Source: Naegleria gruberi (taxonomy: Eukaryota). Taken from it: a DNA stretch of 64,000 bases. Of this stretch, positions 45,071 to 56,305 are shown piece after piece. The position numbers and the translations under genes were made by a program. The stretch's first letter is position 1, and every line of letters starts with the position of its first letter. The notes beneath the pieces are model-generated. The model ran no database searches and had not been told where the DNA came from. It was given only the letters and a program-made list of their open reading frames with translations. The DNA lies in NCBI GenBank assembly GCA_000004985.1, contig GG738871.1, one strand, 5' to 3'.

Positions 45071-48000
45071 ATGGTTTTCAGCTCATCCTCTAAAGAGGAG
45101 GCTTCTCTTCTCCACAACAATAACCATGAACAACAACAACAACACAATTCACCCAGCAACAGTAGTGGCGGGTTCAAATTTTCCCTCTCTTCTCTGATGG
45201 GCGCCAAAACCAAAACACAAAATAATAACAATAACACCTCAACTACAATTTCCGCCTCCTCATCAACCTTGGCATCATTGAATAATCCGTATGCTGCCTT
45301 TACAAATTCATTCTCCTCGGAGGGAATCCTTTCTAATTTAAATAATATTAATAATAATAATAATGGAAGTACATCAAGTAGTGGCAATAATACACCAAGA
45401 AGGAAAATATCAAATCCTAAAGCTATTCCTCTCCTGAATACAGCATTGATTTCTTCGAATTTAATTTCGGAACCAATAATTGATCATGGCACTACTGTAA
45501 ATTTTGCAACTGCTCAAGTTGATCATCCCAATACGAAACTCTATTCTATTATTCACGAATTACAATTAAATGTAAATTTTAATCAGGGAATGAATAGTGG
45601 TAATTGGACTGGATATTTTGAAGGAATATTACAGGAAAATGTTAATAATTTTGGATCACCTGGAATTGTTTCAACAACTCCGAGAGGAAATCATCATGTT
45701 ATTTCTCAATCAATGCCATATCTTTCAAATTCAAATCCTAATTCACCTTCGTCTTCGTCTTCATTTGGTGAGAAAACCAGAGGATTGAGGAATTTAGTAA
45801 TGGGAAAATCAATGAATAATTTAGATTTTTCGCCATCATCAATTAGTCAATTTGATGCCTACTTGATGAAGAAGGAAAGGAAATTATTACAAAAGTTTGG
45901 AAGATTTCCATATATAAGAATTTCTGCAGTCAAAAGTGGGAATGTTACTCCAAGAACTCCTCGAACGCCAAGAACTCCAAGAGCTAGCCCTCTTGTCATA
46001 ATGAGGCCAAAGGAAAATACAAGTAATATGGAGGAATTAGTATTGGATGCCGGAAGTCTAATACTTTCACCTAGACCAAGTATGTCATCAACACCAAGAT
46101 CTGATAGATCATTGGATGGTGATTCACCAATCACTGAATACTCAATTGATGATGTAACATTTCTTGATCGTCCAACAACTGACAATATTACTAACTTGTT
46201 AGAATCGAGGTATAACAAAAAGGATCAATCACAAAAGAAATCTCCCCAAGTTTATACTTATCTTGGAGATGCATTGAGTAAGTTTATTCTTTCAAATCAA
46301 GTGGTATTAATACTGGGCTAGTTTTTGTAAATCCAAATGATATTAAGGAAACTGAAGGATTGTATAAGAACAGCGTAATGCACTTTTACCACAAGAAACT
46401 TCCATTTGCTAGAGCTCCCCATATTTTTTCGATAGCAGAGAATGCATTTAGAACCATGAAAGAAACAAGGCAACCACAAACAATAATTGGTATGTATTTG
46501 TTTTAACATTAATTTATGACGTGAAAAATTACAATAGTGAATGGTGAAAGTGGTTCTGGAAAAACGGAGAGTAGCAAACTCATTCTCAAATATTTAACAG
46601 TTGTCTCACAAAATGGGCCTTCATCTTACTTTGTAAAACATGTATTAACAGAATCAAATCAACTTTTAGAAGCTTTCGGAAATGCAAAAACTCTGCACTG
46701 TGACAATTCATCCAGATTCGGTAAATATACTACTGTTTATTTTGGATTTGGTGATAGAATTGAAGGTGGAAAAATTAGTACAGTAAGTATAATTTAAATT
46801 ATCAAAACTCATTTCATCCTTTCAGATTCTGTTGGAAAAAAGTCACATTACGAATCAGAGAAAAAAGGAAAGAAATTTCCACATATTCTATCAGCTATGC
46901 AGAGGAGCAGATAGATCTATGAAAGAGGAATTCAATCTGCATGATCCATCTGAGTTCTTGTATCTAAACTCTACAGAGACAGTGATAGATGGAGTCGATG
47001 ATATGCGAGAATTTAAAAAAACAATTAAGAGTATGGATTCAATAGGATTTTCGAGTAATGACCGGAAAGAAATATTCAGGGTAGTTGCAGGAATTTTACA
47101 TTTAGGAAATATTCAATTTTTGGAAGGTAATTCAAAAGATAGAGCAGAAATAGTGGAAAATGATGCCCTCAAGTGGGCCTCATTATGCTTGGGAGTTCAA
47201 CCTAATCAACTAAAGCATGCTCTATTGGCACGTACTTTGAATACCGAGGAAAAGGTTGTTACTTTTCAAACTGCTGTTCAAGCTAGATTCAACAGGGATG
47301 CTCTGGCGAAAGGTATTTACGAGAGACTTTTTCTGTGGATAGTTCAGAAAATCAATTCAGTAATCAAACCAAAAACAAAGAAAATGGTTACAAAAATTGG
47401 TATTTTAGATTTGTATGGTTTTGAAATTTATCCATCCGATAACTCTCTAGAACAGTTGAATATCAACTTTGTAAATGAAAAACTTCAACAACACACATTG
47501 AAGCTCTTACAACAGGAGAAAGATGAATATGTGAAGGAAGGAATTTTCAACATGGATCTATTCACCATACTGTCTAAGGAGTTGAAAAAAGATTTTCTCT
47601 CTGATTTTGATACTATTAATGATTGTATTAGCTGTATAGAAGACAAACCACTGGGTATCTACTCACTCCTGGATGAAGAAGATTACCTTAACGTTTCAGG
47701 TGATGAAAGATATCTTGCTAAATTGAAAGAGAATTTGAAAAAGTCAAATAGTTTCGAACCTGCAAGATTCAAAAGTACTACCTTTAGTCTTAAACATTTT
47801 GCAGCTAAGGTAGATTATAACGTTACTGATTGGGTCAAAAAGAACAAGGATACATTGTTCAAAGATCTAATTGATGCCATGTGTAAGAGTTCGTCAGACC
47901 TGGTACAAGAACTTTTTAAACCATTAGACGACTTCTATTCAGGAAGAGAAAGCAAACGAAGACTTCAAGAAACCATTGTAAAACAATTTAAACGAGATGT

Positions 48001-50401
48001 AAACAAATTAATGAACAAGAAACTGAAAGGGAAAATCCATTTCATTTACTGTATAAAACCTAACTATGAGAAGAAGGCACTAAAATTTGACAAGAAATTA
48101 ATCACCAACCAGGTCAAATGTTTGGGATTAAGTTCAATATCCATATTCAAACAACATGGATTTTTCTTTAAAATGGATTATCCCAAGTTCTTTGCCAAGT
48201 ATAAAGCACTTAGTCCTAAAACTTGGCCCTCCTCCTCTGCAGATTTTGATATTGAAGAATTGAAATCCAAAATTAGAAGTATTCTGGCAGAAACCAAAAT
48301 AGAGAGTAACAATTATGCATTTGGAAAAACTGAAATTTTCCTTAAAACACCACTCGATGTTGCTACTTTGATAGATAGATTTGAGCAAATTCAGGAAGCT
48401 GTTGCTGTACTCATCCAGAGAAAGTACAGAGAGGTAATTCACAAAAGAGTAAGAAGAAAATCTGAAAAGATTAAGGGACAGCTGACCAGTGTACATGAGA
48501 GAATCTACTCAGATTATGGAGAGCATAATGTCGTTCAAATTACCAATGGAAAGTCGATATCAAGGTTATTGGTTATTTCAAAGACAAATATTTGCTTTTT
48601 AGAGCCCAATACTTATGAATTGGTGTTTAATTTCCCTCTCTCAATCATTTACAGACTTTGTATGAGCAGATTTAGTGATGGTATCTTTATAATTTGTATG
48701 AGAAATTTTGGTGATATCATTCTGGATGTAGAAAATAAGCAACACCTATATCAAGATATCGAATCTTCCTTTCACAAACTAATGGCATCTTTACTGGACT
48801 CTTACAAACCAATAAGCATAGAGTTTCATTCAATATTCTATGTTAATCCTTCTGTGCTTGTATTGGAAGATAATGAAATGAAACAAAAAGCAGAATATGA
48901 AATATTCTCAAATTCTTTACCAAGAAATAGTAATGGTGATTATCAACACCAAATCAATCTTGAAAATAATGAAGAACCTCCAATGAATGAGAATGGCTAT
49001 ACTGTTCAATTTTTGAAAGACTATACAATAGCAGCTATGAAAATAGAAAGAAGACCTAACAATGAAGGGTTGATAGTTTATGTGAAGCCCAACGAGGATG
49101 TCTACTCTGGTAAAAAGAAGAGAAGACAAGGAAGTTTTGATAGATATTTTGTGGGAGACTCTTTGAGATGGAAGGAAAAATTGGGAGAGGACAGAGATAT
49201 TCTATTTTCTGACCTAGTTGACAAGTATCACAAATCATTTAAAAAATCAGAAAGGTATCTCATTATTACAGAAAGATCCGTCTATTTGGAGCATAAATTC
49301 TTAAAGAAGAGAAGAAGGATACCTCTTAGGAAAATTTACAAAATTTCTGTTTCTCCATTCACTGACCACTACTTTTTTATTCACGTGAAGGGAGAAAGTG
49401 ACGTGCTATTGGAAAGTATCAAAAAGACTGAAATTATTTCAATACTTACTAATACTGTTAAATCTACTCTACCAAGAGTTTTTGAAATTGACATTACAAA
49501 TACAGTAACGCAAGTGACTAAAAATCCTACACTAGTTCGTCAAGTAATATTTGAGGAAGTTTCATCTCCAAAATCTTGCAAAGTTGAATACACAAAAGCC
49601 AGTGAGCCAATCAAAGTCTATATTCATAATGAGGATGTCGTTGATGAGTTTGCCAAGACAATTCTGGATGTATATGGTGGAAAGAAATCGAGAAGAATTT
49701 GTTCTCTCAAATCAGCTGACGAAATTGAAGATGCTATATTTATGAGGGAAGTACTAATGAGTGACAATACCACTCCTCTCTTTGTGGCTGAAGTTGAGTT
49801 TGTAAATCCATATTCATTGAGCTCAGTCAGAAAGAATATGAGTATTTCTAATAGTACAATATTTTTACTTGGAAAGAAGGGAAGTGATGGTTTAAGAATT
49901 GAAATTGAGGAAATCACTTCTATCAAATGTAGCAGTCAATGTGATGATCTATTTGTAATGTTTTGTGGAGATTCGGCATATCTGTTCAACTCTGAGTTAA
50001 AGACTAAAATTATTGAAACTCTCAGAGCTGCCAATAGTAAGATACAAATTTTGGTTGAACCTAAATTAATAATTCCATTCAAAGATTTATTTGTTTGGGA
50101 TGGAGAGATGAGTGTTAGCAGTTCTGAATCTTTGCCTAGCCTTATTGAAAGACCTGTTGAAGTGGAAGAGCCTATGACTCCACCATCAACACCATCTACA
50201 CATTTTCTTGAATCTCCTCTCGTCAAGAAGAAGGGCACAAATGGATACTTAATTATAGTTGTCCTTGTTGACAGAAATATCTCAGAACCAAAAATTATGT
50301 GCAATAATGAACAAGCCAATGCTAAATTGACAATTCGAATTAATGATCAAGATCCTGCCTTTCCTTTTTATCCTCTTTTCTCAAAGAGTAAAAAGGTCTA
50401 A
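45071..50401 (+). CDS. Unconventional myosin heavy chain (~1731 aa) with ~340-aa low-complexity N-terminal extension; exons 45071..46277, 46322..46489, 46538..46782, 46826..50401
   Basis: N/S/T-rich N-terminus. Motor domain: DDVTFLDRPTTDNITNLLESRY...VYTYLGDAL|(I)FVNP; P-loop NGESGSGKTES; ILLEKSHITNQRKKERNFHIFYQLC; LDLYGFEIY (switch II); an IQ-like VLIQRKYREVIHKRVRRK. Then a ~650-aa tail without recognisable domains. Introns 46278..46321, 46490..46537 and 46783..46825 (GTAAGT/GTATGT..AG). Confidence 0.8.
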
Positions 50402-50413
50402 TAAATTAGAGAT

Positions 50414-51019
50414 CTAAAAGTAATGATATTCCAAAGTTGCACAATAACCAAGTGATGCTGTTAATTTTGGTCTTTCCCATTGTTCAGCCTTAGTAAGTCT
50501 ATTTTTTGAGCTATCTTCTTGCATCTTTTGTTCAATGTAGTGGATTAATTGATTTCCCTTATCATGTTGAATCATTACAACTTGAATTTTAATGGAATAG
50601 GCATCTTCGGTTCCGTCATCGCTTAAAGAGTGCATCTCACCTCCTTCACTATTAACAATAACAAGACCATAAGCTCCTAATCTTTGAGCAATGACTGCTT
50701 TTTGTACAAAGGAACATTTTCCTCTAGCTGCAAGAATAATTCTATCGGTATAGTTTGTACTAATTCCTAAATTTGCAAAAGACATTGGTTCCTGACAAAT
50801 ATCCATTGGATTGGCCAATACAACTTCCTTCACTTCTCTACAATTTGTATTCACATAAAAACCTCCGAAATGTGCTGTAGTAAATCCGATATGACCAGAT
50901 AAATAATGAGGTGAATAAACATGAATAGCTTCAACAAGAGTTGATAGTATCAGGAAAATTGCCCCTATGAAAAGAATGGCTCTAGTATTGATGATCATTT
51001 TTTTTGTTATGAATTCCAA
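50414..51019 (-). CDS. Protease-associated (PA) domain protein with N-terminal signal anchor
   Basis: Signal/TM (ILFIGAIFLILSTLVEA). PA-domain core RIILAARGKCSFVQKAVIAQRLGAYGLVIVNSEGGEM. Stop is TAG. The 3' end lies 12 bp from the myosin stop, convergent. Confidence 0.55.
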   Translation of the reverse strand: MEFITKKMIINTRAILFIGAIFLILSTLVEAIHVYSPHYLSGHIGFTTAHFGGFYVNTNCREVKEVVLANPMDICQEPMSFANLGISTNYTDRIILAARGKCSFVQKAVIAQRLGAYGLVIVNSEGGEMHSLSDDGTEDAYSIKIQVVMIQHDKGNQLIHYIEQKMQEDSSKNRLTKAEQWERPKLTASLGYCATLEYHYF

Positions 51020-51062
51020 AATTATTTAAATAACAAATAGATAAATATTTAATAATAATAAT

Positions 51063-51790
51063 TTAATCATCAAATTCTCCATAACCATAGTAGAGAGCAG
51101 ATCTCTTATCCTTATCTTTAATTGTGCTGTCGGCGCCATTCTTTAATAAATATTTACAAATTTCTAAGAGAATTAAAAAATTAAATATTTCAATAATAAA
51201 TTAAACAAACCTTGAAAGCCAGCATACGAAGCATAATGGAGACATGTCCAACCATTTGATTCATTTACCATATTTACATTAGCTTTTCCTCTTTCAATAA
51301 GTGATTTGATAATATCAAAATTACAAGCTTCCACAGCTCTCATTAATGGAGTTCTACAGAGGAAATCCTTCTCATTAACCTTGATTCCAGTCACTCCGAC
51401 AAGAACACTCACAATAGAGGCATAATTTCCACCAACTGCATAGTGAAGGGCTGTATATTTCTCTCTATCTGTAATATTTACATCAGCTCCACGATCAACT
51501 AAATAATTTACAATATTCAAATGGCCGTCACGACAAGCCATATGTAAAATAGTCACTTGTGTTGCAGGTTGTTGGAAATTTACATTATAATTTAAATCGG
51601 AAACAATAAATTTAATAACATCCAATAATCCAGAACAAGCCACTTCTTGTGGAAGTAATCTCTTTGTTTCAGGACAAATTTCCTCGGTAACATCAAAATT
51701 ATTAGATGGTGCTGTTTTTAATAATTCAATAATTTGATTTTGATTTTTAGATTTTACACTTTCCCACACCTTTCCAGCAAATGAAGACAT
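51063..51790 (-). CDS. Ankyrin-repeat protein (~226 aa); exons 51211..51790 and 51063..51163
   Basis: Repeats TILHMACRDGHLNIVNYLVDRGADVN, TALHYAVGGNYASIVSVLV, TPLMRAVEACNFDIIKSLIERGKANVN. Intron 51164..51210 (GTTTGT...TCTTAG, phase 1) restores a canonical repeat: TCLHYASYAGFQ|EICKYLLKNGADSTIKD. Confidence 0.65.
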
Positions 51791-52096
51791 TTTTTATTAT
51801 TGTGAATAATAAAAGATTTAAATCCAATGTAATTCAATACATCTATTCAAAGAGCTATATCTTTGAATTGTCAAACGCTTGCAAATATGTGTTTGAAAAT
51901 CATCCAATTCCGAGATCGGAATTTGCCATCTTACAATTTTGACACATCATTGAAATGAATTTATTCACGTTTTAAAAAAAAGACAACTACAACACTACCT
52001 CATATTATCTCGTCCAGGTCAAGAGAGATTCGGAAAAGATTAAAAAACTGTATTTTAAAAAAGCCTATTTTACAACCATCATTTGATCAATTTAAA

Positions 52097-53131
52097 TTGA
52101 ACATGACTACTCCACTTTATAAATGTTATGGATGTGATAGGCAGATGAATGCCATTACTAATAATGAAGGAAATTTAGCCTGTGCTTTCTGTGGCTCGGA
52201 ATTTGTCGAAGAAATAGAATTACCAACAGAAACTGTAACAACAAATACCTCACCAATTCATTCACCTTCTCCTCAAGCAAGTAATATTGTGGATTTAACC
52301 AATTTGGATGATGATGACATCTTCTCTCGTGCATTCAGCACAGCAGTAACAACTCCTGAACAAAATCAATCAACTAGAAGTTCCTCATCTACAACCACTA
52401 CAACAACACGATCTAGAACATCATCTTCGGGAACACCAACTGTACATAGCCAAACAATCTCCATAACAATTGGACCAAATGGTACAACAAGAAGAACAAT
52501 TACAAATGCAACACCATTCAATCCATTTGGATTTGGTGGAGATAACAATAATAGAGTGGATCCACTTACATCACTATTTGGTGGATTTGGTGGAGACAAC
52601 AATAGAGATCCAATTTCTTCAATTTTTGATGCTTTAAATAATGCTAGTCAAAATGTGGGAAGTAATACAAATCAACAAGGAACCTTCCCAAGAATAAGCT
52701 TTGGACCAACAATGGACTTTTCTAATTTCATGAGACACATTAGACAACCTTTTGGAAATGGAACAACATGGGGAGATTATGTTTTCTCAGATAACTTGGA
52801 TGACATCATTACTAGAATGATGGAAGCAACTGTTGGTCAAGGAGGAACTCCACCAGCTTCACAAGATGTCATTTCCAAACTCAAACACAGAAAAGCTCAA
52901 GAATGTGATTGTAAAGATTGTGCTGTATGTCAAGATCAAATTAAGGCTGAAGAAGAAATAACAGAGCTTCCTTGTGGCCATTTGTATCATTCTGGTTGTG
53001 TAACACCATGGCTTGAAAGACATGCCAACTGTCCTATTTGTAGAGCTGAAATTGGAAATGATGGCAGTGCCCTCCCACCACATTCCCACCAACAACAGCA
53101 ACAACAACAGAATAATCCACATAATCATTAA
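52097..53131 (+). CDS. RNF126/RNF115-like E3 ubiquitin ligase (N-terminal BCA2-type zinc finger + C-terminal RING-H2)
   Basis: N-terminal YKCYGCDRQMNAI...NLACAFCGSEFVEEI. S/T/G-rich linker. RING-H2 CAVCQDQIKAEEEITELPCGHLYHSGCVTPWLERHANCPICRAEI. poly-Q tail. Confidence 0.65.
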   Translation: MNMTTPLYKCYGCDRQMNAITNNEGNLACAFCGSEFVEEIELPTETVTTNTSPIHSPSPQASNIVDLTNLDDDDIFSRAFSTAVTTPEQNQSTRSSSSTTTTTTRSRTSSSGTPTVHSQTISITIGPNGTTRRTITNATPFNPFGFGGDNNNRVDPLTSLFGGFGGDNNRDPISSIFDALNNASQNVGSNTNQQGTFPRISFGPTMDFSNFMRHIRQPFGNGTTWGDYVFSDNLDDIITRMMEATVGQGGTPPASQDVISKLKHRKAQECDCKDCAVCQDQIKAEEEITELPCGHLYHSGCVTPWLERHANCPICRAEIGNDGSALPPHSHQQQQQQQNNPHNH

Positions 53132-53241
53132 ATTATTTACTATTAATTAATTGTTGGCAGCTTGTGAAAAGATCATGGTGGTTTACCATTTCTTCCCTCC
53201 ACTCGAAATTTTAAATTCAAAAAAAAAGCCGTTACGCAAAG

Positions 53242-55644
53242 ATGGTGGTGCTAACAAAACTCAAGCACCCTCGCAGTCAGTTTAAACCTCCACTCAAGGA
53301 CTCCAATAATGGATCATCATCAACTACTTCATCCAAGAGTACTACTACCGACACTACTAGTAAAATAGCTAGTAGTCTAAAACAACAAACTCTCAATTTT
53401 CCAACCAAATCATCATTGGAAAAACAGTCACTCGAGTCTTCCTATGAATCTTCCGAATCATTGTCATCACCTTCATCCTCTGATGAAGAAACTCAAGACA
53501 AGAAATCAATAGTGAATAATGTTAAAAAGAACATTAACTCTACCAAACCACTCTCCACCAGCAACACCACCACTACTTCTGCACCAATACGAAAGCCTTT
53601 CAAAACACCCTTTAAAACACCATTCAAAGATAATGTTAAATCATCATCGTCGAATAGTGTACCCTCTACATCATCAACAAGCAAACCTTCCACCACAAAA
53701 AGTAAGCCTCTCCCACAAAAGAAATCGAATACTCACACGAAAGAGAAATATGATAGCGAGTCTGTTACTAGTTCTGACGAAAGTGATTCTCCATCTGAGG
53801 AAGATGAAGAACAATCATCAGAGGATGAACAGGAAACAAAGAAAAAGCCAATCACTTCCACACCTCAAAAGAAACCTCTCCTTTTGAAAAAAGCCATTTC
53901 TAAAACTGAACCAACACCTAGGACTAATATTGTAAATATGAAATCTTCAAATGAAAAACCTTCTTCTAAGGTTTTTGAAAGTGTTCAACCAACAGAAGTT
54001 GAAAAACCTAACTCACAAGAATGTAAGAAACAGCAAGCATCTGAAAACAAATTGAAAGACAAGAAGGATGAAAATAACAACCATAGTGAGGAGACTCAAT
54101 CTAAAGTTGCATCAGCTCAGTCATCTTCCTTATCACTTTCTTTAGAGAATGAAATGGACAAACAAACTCAAAACAAGACTTCACAAATTTCTGTGGATAA
54201 AACAAAGCATTCAACTGCAGCAGAAGAACCTTTAATTTTGGAAATCTCAGACTCTTCCATGTCCCCGCTATTGAAAGATTCCCCACCAAAGAGCAAAGCA
54301 AAGAAAAAGAAGAATATAACTTTTAAGGCAATAGAATCGCCTCCAACACAAATTGAAATTACGGATAGCATTCTGTATGAGGATATTTTTACTTCAAAGA
54401 AAAATCCTATGGAAGATGAACCAAAGTGGAAACTAAAGAAGAAACAAGAAATAAGGGAAGAACATGTCCCAAGACAAATCAAAATTTCAAAATTTTTCAA
54501 GAAGGAAGCTCATGATGAATCAGAGATGAAACCAATCTCAAGTGTAAATAGATCTGTAAATTTATCAAAAAAGAGAAAGGAAAAATCAACCCCTGTACAA
54601 AACAGCCCAAGCGTAACCACACCTATCTCAACAATCAAGTCACCAGAAATGAAAAAGGTTAAACCCATCTCACAAACGACCTATACTATGAAAACCGATA
54701 CTCCCGAGAAGTTGGACCAACCAACACCAAAACTTTATGCAATGGATATTTCTCCTGTTACATCAATACTATCAATTCTTGATAGTCAAGATAGTCAATG
54801 CTCACCTCCAGTGATATTGTCCAAACCAAAACAGGAAATAATCGAAGAGGAAGAGGTGGACGAGGCAAGTAGAGAGTCCTTATTACCGTGGTCTCAATCA
54901 TCACAAATTGAGGATAGTCAAATGATTACATTCTCCCCTGTTTATAATTTGAAATCAGATGAGACACAAATAGATGAAGATACTCGAGCACAAAAGAAAT
55001 CCTCAATGTCTCTTTCACCGCTAATTGACATTATTGGGTCAAATAACTCACAACAGGTAATAGTGTTGGACTTTGATGAAACACAAATACCTGATACACC
55101 AACACACAAAATTAACATACCTTACTTGGATGATGTAAAAATGAAAGAAGAAGGTGAGGAATTTGATGAGGAGAGTACCTCTATTGACTTCTCAGAAAAG
55201 GTTTCCATCACACCCCCACTCACTAACACTTCCAAAAAGGATTATCACGTTGGGTTTTTAACTTTACCTTATAGTATTGATTTAGGTGCAACTATTCATG
55301 ATACTGAACTACCAACTGTCAATATATTTCCATCAGATAATCACATAACAAACCCATCCACTTTGCAACAGCAATGGAATGTCCAACCTAAAAAGCCAAT
55401 CAAGGCAAAGGCATTTGGAAGAAGACAGAAAGTTTCATTTAGACCAGTTTTCAAAGAACCAATCGTTGACGAGGATGTGAAACCAAAGCAAAAAGTTGAC
55501 GAATCTGTAATGAATATCATTGCATCACATATTGAATCACAAAACCAACCAAGGAGCGATTCATCTAATTCACTAAGTGATTTGAATAACAATGATGTTT
55601 TGAGAACACCACCCTCATTTAGCTCACCCGAGTTGTCACTGTAA
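53242..55644 (+). CDS. Hypothetical Ser/Thr/Lys-rich low-complexity (nuclear-type) protein, 800 aa
   Basis: Single ORF. Repeated KTPFK motifs, acidic serine clusters (SDESDSPSEEDEEQSSEDEQE), lysine-rich segments. No catalytic motifs. Confidence 0.4.
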   Translation: MVVLTKLKHPRSQFKPPLKDSNNGSSSTTSSKSTTTDTTSKIASSLKQQTLNFPTKSSLEKQSLESSYESSESLSSPSSSDEETQDKKSIVNNVKKNINSTKPLSTSNTTTTSAPIRKPFKTPFKTPFKDNVKSSSSNSVPSTSSTSKPSTTKSKPLPQKKSNTHTKEKYDSESVTSSDESDSPSEEDEEQSSEDEQETKKKPITSTPQKKPLLLKKAISKTEPTPRTNIVNMKSSNEKPSSKVFESVQPTEVEKPNSQECKKQQASENKLKDKKDENNNHSEETQSKVASAQSSSLSLSLENEMDKQTQNKTSQISVDKTKHSTAAEEPLILEISDSSMSPLLKDSPPKSKAKKKKNITFKAIESPPTQIEITDSILYEDIFTSKKNPMEDEPKWKLKKKQEIREEHVPRQIKISKFFKKEAHDESEMKPISSVNRSVNLSKKRKEKSTPVQNSPSVTTPISTIKSPEMKKVKPISQTTYTMKTDTPEKLDQPTPKLYAMDISPVTSILSILDSQDSQCSPPVILSKPKQEIIEEEEVDEASRESLLPWSQSSQIEDSQMITFSPVYNLKSDETQIDEDTRAQKKSSMSLSPLIDIIGSNNSQQVIVLDFDETQIPDTPTHKINIPYLDDVKMKEEGEEFDEESTSIDFSEKVSITPPLTNTSKKDYHVGFLTLPYSIDLGATIHDTELPTVNIFPSDNHITNPSTLQQQWNVQPKKPIKAKAFGRRQKVSFRPVFKEPIVDEDVKPKQKVDESVMNIIASHIESQNQPRSDSSNSLSDLNNNDVLRTPPSFSSPELSL

Positions 55645-55737
55645 TTTATTTACAAATTGGGAGTTTCTTTTTACATACATGAATATCATTTAGGTAAATT
55701 TCCATTTCAAACAAATTAAAGCCAACAACTCAAAAAA

Positions 55738-56016
55738 ATGAAAAGCCTCCATTTCGTACTGTTTTTCCTTCTTTTATTTTGTATTCTCTTGCTTCTAGAT
55801 AAAACAACTTGTGAGAAATGTTCTGGTGCAAGATTGAACAGATTTGCCAATAAAGATTGGGTACAATTATTAAGAACAGAAGGAAAAGCCCTTCCAACTA
55901 AACCAAAAAGACCCGTTGACATTAATGATGCTCCCCTAAATCTGAAAGACACTGGTGGTTTTGTACTGCAAAGGATTTGCAAACTTCCACAACAAGCTTA
56001 TTTTCCCTTTCAATAA
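55738..56016 (+). CDS. Small putative secreted protein (92 aa)
   Basis: N-terminal hydrophobic signal MKSLHFVLFFLLLFCILLLLD. ORF-level evidence only. Confidence 0.25.
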   Translation: MKSLHFVLFFLLLFCILLLLDKTTCEKCSGARLNRFANKDWVQLLRTEGKALPTKPKRPVDINDAPLNLKDTGGFVLQRICKLPQQAYFPFQ

Positions 56017-56305
56017 TTCCTTATAAAATTCTTCTTTCTTGAAATCTTCCAATTCAAAGACCAGTTTTTTTGAACCTTCTTTGAAATTATCGAATTTATC
56101 CTCTTCTTTCCCTTCACTACCGGAAGAGATTGTCCATAGTACCATCAAATATAATTAAGCGCGTTCCTGTAAAATCCTCTTCTCAACAGATAACAAATTA
56201 TTAAGGAACAATTTGCAATACATACAGATAGAGATTCACTACAGTGTGCATTGTTTAAATACTGGAGAAACAGCTCTTATCACATTCTCCACAATCAAAA
56301 ACAAA

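Noticed and set aside
52366-53128. Minus-strand ORFs antisense to the RNF126-like gene
   Set aside because: Low-complexity antisense translations with no start context. The sense ORF carries both zinc-finger signatures.
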